Shown here in pieces: positions 60,294 to 64,000 of a stretch of DNA of 64,000 nt. This DNA comes from an uncultured bacterium (GTDB taxonomy: Bacteria; Zixibacteria; MSB-5A5; CAIYYT01). The stretch covers positions 992,001-1,056,000 of the forward strand of contig CAVSCK010000004.1 of assembly GCA_963726455.1 (NCBI GenBank), in the 5' to 3' direction. Numbering within the stretch: position 1 is the first letter of the stretch; the number at the start of each line of letters is the position of its first letter. The notes under the pieces were generated by a model that worked only from the letters and a program-made list of their open reading frames with translations, made no database searches and was not told the origin of the DNA. The translations under genes were made by a program, and so were the position numbers.

Positions 60294-60528
60294 AAACTTT
60301 GGTAAATTTAGATAAACTTCGCGAAATGGTATGTTATGCGCAGACAATGAGTTACCATATAACTTCTAAACTACTAACTACTACTACTACTACTACAGGG
60401 GGCGCTGACTCACCTGAAATCAAAGGGAAAAAGAGGGAGAGATGCAAGAAGTTGTCGAAGTTTAGAAGTTTACACCTAAACCCTTTTATCTAATTACGAT
60501 ACCTATTCGCGAACATTTGCGAAGTTTA
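60294..60528. other. Putative replication origin: convergent AAACTTC/GAAGTTT iterons around a (CTA)n tract
   Basis: Heptamers at 60294, 60314, 60360 and inverted at 60448, 60457, 60465, 60521. Confidence 0.55.
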
Positions 60529-60626
60529 CGACTGCTTCTGTTGCCCACTTGGACTCGGGGAAACAAGTTGCCAAAGACCTTTAGGGCGCATACTGTGACA
60601 CCGACTACCGAAAGGAATAACAGACG

Positions 60627-62372
60627 ATGAAGTGCGCCGTCTATGCCCGGTACAGCTCCGACATGCAGAAACAGACCAGCATCGAAGATCAGGTGCGGGA
60701 GTGTCGGCAGTTCATCGAGCACAGACAGTGGGAAGTTGCCGACGGCCGGGTGTACTCTGACTACGCCATCAGTGGAGCTGATATCAACCGCACGGGTTAC
60801 CAGGCACTCAAGGCAGACGCATACAAGAAACTGTTTGCCTGCATCGTAGTTGACGACTTATCGCGACTCGGAAGGGACGCCGGAGAAGCAATCCAAATCT
60901 ACGGGGAATTGACTGCCTATGGAGTTAACATCGTCTCTGTGTCGGATGGAATCGAAACGGCTTCATCTTCTTCGAAGATTCCCTACTACTTCAAGAGCAT
61001 TGCCAACGAACTCTTTCTGGATGAACTGAAGGCCAAGATCGTTCGCGGTCTCAAAGGTCAAGTCTCTCGCGGTTACTCTGCCGGCGGCCGGACCTACGGC
61101 TACTACTCCGAGCCGGAACTTGTTCCGGGTGGCGGCGCTGACAAATTCGGCAGACCTCGGCGGCACGGGGTTAAGATCAAAATCAATGAGAAAGAAGCGG
61201 AAGTCGTGCGAATGATCTTCCGACTCCGCGCCGATGGTCTTGGACAACGTGCGATTGCCACTCGCCTGAATGAACTGAAAATCCCTTCCCCATTTGCACA
61301 CGTCGACCACTTTAGCGGAACTTGGTCGCCCGACACGGTACGCCACATGTTGCAACAGCGGAGATATATCGGCGACTGGACTTGGAACAAGAGCCGGTCT
61401 CTCAAGAAGAATCCTCTCGGTAAGCGAATTGTCAGAGAGAAGACAGTCGACCAATGGATTGAACACGTCGACGAATCATTGCGGATCATTCATCAAGATT
61501 TGTGGGACGCTGTACTGGCGACATTTGCAGACAAAGAAACACGATTGCGGTTCACGCCGGGGCCGAAAGGTGTCTATCTCTTGGGTGGGCTGCTTAAGTG
61601 TTCTCGCTGCGGATCGTCACTTGTCGGAATGAAATCGAAAGGATGGACTGCCTATGTGTGCAGCGGCAACAGAAGTAAAGGCAAGGTGTACTGTCCAGCC
61701 TCACACCGACTACCGCTCATCGAGGCTGACTCCGGAGTTCTGCAAGGCTGCAAAGAAATTCTGTTTTCTGATGAAACACTCGCATTGATTTCACGCCAAG
61801 TCAACGAAGCGTTGGCGACTATCGAGAAGCAGACTCCCAAGCGGCGAGATCGCTTAGCGAGAAGACTCAACACTCTTGACACGTCCATTGAGCGCCTACT
61901 TGATTTTGCGGAGACTGAACCGAGTAGTCCTGCTCTTGGTGAACGCCTACGGACTCTGGAAGCGGAAAAGCGCACTGTCCAGGCCGAACTTGATGCACTC
62001 AAAACCGAAACCCGTAGGACTAACCGACTGTCCGAAGAGTTCATCAAGGCCAGTCTGCAAGGGCTCCTACCTGCCGTGAGCGCTGACGAAAGCAGCCGCC
62101 AGGAGCTGAAATTCATCCTCAGCAAGATGTTTCCGGAAAAATTGTCTGTCACGATTCGCGAAAAAAATGGCTATGTTGAGTTTGGCGTGCTTGGTAACCT
62201 AATGCCCCTCAATATCCTTCCGAAGGCTTCTGCGTTAATGTATAAAGCCGGTGAAGGGACTCGAACCCCCGACCAGCTGATTACAAATCAGCTACTCTAC
62301 CAACTGAGTTACACCGGCTTAAGAAATCTGCCTGCCCGTTTCAAGTACCGTCACTCCGACGCGCAGGATTAG
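60627..62372 (+). CDS. Large serine recombinase (integrase); C-terminus reads through att and antisense to tRNA-Thr
   Basis: YARYSS, DDLSRLGRD, recombinase domain, zinc ribbon CSRCGS...YVC. Confidence 0.95.
   Translation: MKCAVYARYSSDMQKQTSIEDQVRECRQFIEHRQWEVADGRVYSDYAISGADINRTGYQALKADAYKKLFACIVVDDLSRLGRDAGEAIQIYGELTAYGVNIVSVSDGIETASSSSKIPYYFKSIANELFLDELKAKIVRGLKGQVSRGYSAGGRTYGYYSEPELVPGGGADKFGRPRRHGVKIKINEKEAEVVRMIFRLRADGLGQRAIATRLNELKIPSPFAHVDHFSGTWSPDTVRHMLQQRRYIGDWTWNKSRSLKKNPLGKRIVREKTVDQWIEHVDESLRIIHQDLWDAVLATFADKETRLRFTPGPKGVYLLGGLLKCSRCGSSLVGMKSKGWTAYVCSGNRSKGKVYCPASHRLPLIEADSGVLQGCKEILFSDETLALISRQVNEALATIEKQTPKRRDRLARRLNTLDTSIERLLDFAETEPSSPALGERLRTLEAEKRTVQAELDALKTETRRTNRLSEEFIKASLQGLLPAVSADESSRQELKFILSKMFPEKLSVTIREKNGYVEFGVLGNLMPLNILPKASALMYKAGEGTRTPDQLITNQLLYQLSYTGLRNLPARFKYRHSDAQD
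62244..62261. repeat. att core (right junction)
   Basis: AAAGCCGGTGAAGGGACT, identical to 47930-47947. Confidence 0.92.
62246..62318 (-). tRNA. tRNA-Thr(TGT)
   Basis: GCCGGTGTAACTCAGTTGGTAGAGTAGCTGATTTGTAATCAGCTGGTCGGGGGTTCGAGTCCCTTCACCGGCT; cloverleaf, anticodon TGT, CCA not encoded. Confidence 0.97.
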
Positions 62373-62464
62373 ACGCAATATTTACGGGACAACGCCGGAG
62401 TTGTCAACCGGAATTTGACAAGAAGTCGCTTCGGGTCGCAAACACCTGGACGAAAGTTCTGCGG

Positions 62465-63796
62465 TTACTTGCGGGACTTGGAGCTACCGGCGACATCGGG
62501 CGCCTTGACGGGTTCGAGTTGCAGTGATTTGACTGTCACTCCCCCACCGACTGTTGAGACCGCAACATAGATCGCCTGGCATTTGGCGGGGTCAATTGGC
62601 TGCAACCAGCGTTGATGCGCATTAGAAATCGGATGCAGGCGCAACAGGGAGCCGTCGATTGACTGCTGCACGACGTAAGGATAATTTTGGAAGATGGGTG
62701 CCTCCGTCGCAATCGTGACGGTGTCGCCGTTTCGTTGCAGTTTGACGACGGGAGGCGGTTCACGTCGAATTTCCAGAACACCGCGCATCGCTTCGGTAGC
62801 AGTGGCAAAAACATATTTGATGTCTTTGGCTCTGAATTCGTCCTGCAGAGTCCCGAGCAGTTGGCTGTATGTGAATACAATGTCGGAGAATGAATGGACT
62901 GGCACGGACAGGATTTGGTCGCGGCCGGCGGCTATTCCGGCCTCGATCTCGGCGACATTTTGAGGACGGATACGAACGGCGAGCGATCTGGTGATTGCGC
63001 GATGCAAGTTGCCTGATCGTTGATAGTCGCCAGAATCGGGATGATACGGAAACCAATCTCGCGTGGCACGTGACCAGTCGTAGGCATTGCCGCCGCAGGT
63101 CGAGGTATCACTCTTGATAGTGCGGCCGGGAGGCATGCTGGAAAAATCGAACGGCACAACATTTTCCAACCAGCGAGAGAAATCATTGTTTTCCCAGCCC
63201 CAACCCGAACGGAAGCTGAGCGGAAAGAAACCCTGATCCACAACCAGCTCGTTCAGGCCGCTTTCGCACATGCCGATGTCGGTGAAACCGTCGTAGTTCG
63301 AACCGTTGAAAGTGAGAATTTGCGTCCAATAGGTGGTGCGCTGGCCGGCCTCCTCGCACTCGATCCAGGCGGTGTTGTGAAAATGCCAGGCGATTTCGTC
63401 CTCCCAGTCTTTCATCTCTTTGGAGAAGTTCAGCAGTTCCTGATAGACAGCGGCACAACCGACAGTCTCGCAAAGTTGCTCGGAGGTCAGCGCAAACCAG
63501 GTGAGTTTGGGGCGGTGTCCCTCGCTATCGATGAATGGCTCGCGCCAGGTTTTGGCCATGGTTCTGGCGACATAGCCGGAGTCGGGCTCGCTGACGAAAT
63601 TTGCAAATTCGACCTGTCCGCGCCGGGTGCCGCCATCCATTCGTAACGGTTCAGTGTCAACGGACAGCACGATGTAAACAGTCGGTTTTTTCGCGGGATT
63701 ACCGGGAGCAGAATCCGCCGTCAACTGCGCGGTTGATGTAACTGCAAGCGCAGCAGACAAACACAAGTAACGACCGTGTAGAACAAGTTTACGCAT
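62465..63796 (-). CDS. Secreted protein, polysaccharide-deacetylase/NodB-like fold
   Basis: Signal peptide from MRKLVLHG; VLSVDTE, WHFH, SFRSGW. Confidence 0.6.
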   Translation of the reverse strand: MRKLVLHGRYLCLSAALAVTSTAQLTADSAPGNPAKKPTVYIVLSVDTEPLRMDGGTRRGQVEFANFVSEPDSGYVARTMAKTWREPFIDSEGHRPKLTWFALTSEQLCETVGCAAVYQELLNFSKEMKDWEDEIAWHFHNTAWIECEEAGQRTTYWTQILTFNGSNYDGFTDIGMCESGLNELVVDQGFFPLSFRSGWGWENNDFSRWLENVVPFDFSSMPPGRTIKSDTSTCGGNAYDWSRATRDWFPYHPDSGDYQRSGNLHRAITRSLAVRIRPQNVAEIEAGIAAGRDQILSVPVHSFSDIVFTYSQLLGTLQDEFRAKDIKYVFATATEAMRGVLEIRREPPPVVKLQRNGDTVTIATEAPIFQNYPYVVQQSIDGSLLRLHPISNAHQRWLQPIDPAKCQAIYVAVSTVGGGVTVKSLQLEPVKAPDVAGSSKSRK

Positions 63797-63892
63797 GTTG
63801 CCCCGGATGTCATTTGCGAGCGCGTCTGCAATCCGCATTTGCGGATCGGCAAACGCGTTCTCCGACATAAGAGAACCTTGTTTACTTCGACG

Positions 63893-64000
63893 TCAAAATT
63901 CAGCCCGCCCGATCTGCGCTTTATCGGAACGACCGAAGTCATCTTGCGCTCCCTGTTTGTTCGAGCCACCCAGGTTTGGGAGCGCTACGATATATATTGG
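63893..64000 (-). CDS. 3' end of a gene, possibly a family 2 glycosyltransferase
   Basis: Open frame PIYIVALP...AEF*; PIYIV resembles the RPxYxV end of ArnC/GtrB-type enzymes. Confidence 0.3.
   Translation of the reverse strand, partial: PIYIVALPNLGGSNKQGAQDDFGRSDKAQIGRAEF

Larger units (their letters stand above)
47930..62261. mobile_element. 14.3-kb integrated phage-satellite-like element at tRNA-Thr
   Basis: 18-bp direct repeats at both ends; integrase, primase-like/helicase-like genes, small terminase and tape measure; no capsid, portal or large terminase. Confidence 0.9.

Noticed and set aside
47930-62261. Complete prophage
   Set aside because: No capsid, portal, large terminase, tube or lysis genes within the att sites; only 14.3 kb.

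Overview
Bacterial chromosomal window, most likely candidate phylum Zixibacteria. This is inferred from four secreted proteins ending in the duplicated dockerin-like 'CGDANxDGxxDISDAVYLIxYIFxGGPAP' module. Three parts. (1) ~1.7-15.3 kb, minus strand: a phage head/packaging module (portal, large terminase, prohead protease fused to degenerate DNA-ligase and LigD-phosphoesterase-like domains, scaffold, decoration protein, major capsid protein, head-tail adaptor) running into signal-peptide-bearing genes. It has no recognisable integrase, replication, tail tube or tape measure gene and is interrupted by a host PEP-CTERM gene and host palindromic repeats, so it looks domesticated (GTA-like). Beside it is an 850-bp ORF-poor region rich in plus-strand RNA hairpins. 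(2) ~16-47.5 kb: host genes (two SBBP-repeat/dockerin paralogues with in-frame palindromic-repeat insertions, MacB-like ABC transporter, hemerythrin-like protein, NDH-2, TauE, CvpA, Hpt/response regulator, fibre-like protein, rpsU-yqeY, double cupredoxin, CapK-like ligase, NtrC-type two-component pair) with dense intergenic mosaics of several REP-like families. (3) 47930-62261: a 14.3-kb element integrated at the 3' end of tRNA-Thr(TGT), bounded by an 18-bp direct repeat. It looks like a capsid-less phage satellite: large serine integrase with the att site inside its 3' end, tyrosine recombinase, NusG paralogue, a sensor-less sigma54 enhancer-binding protein facing a sigma54 promoter, tail chaperone, tape measure, small terminase, CHC2 zinc finger and DUF3987 protein, and an iteron-like ori. 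Four single-base frameshifts in unrelated genes suggest read/assembly indel errors. All family assignments are by motif recognition; no database search was run.
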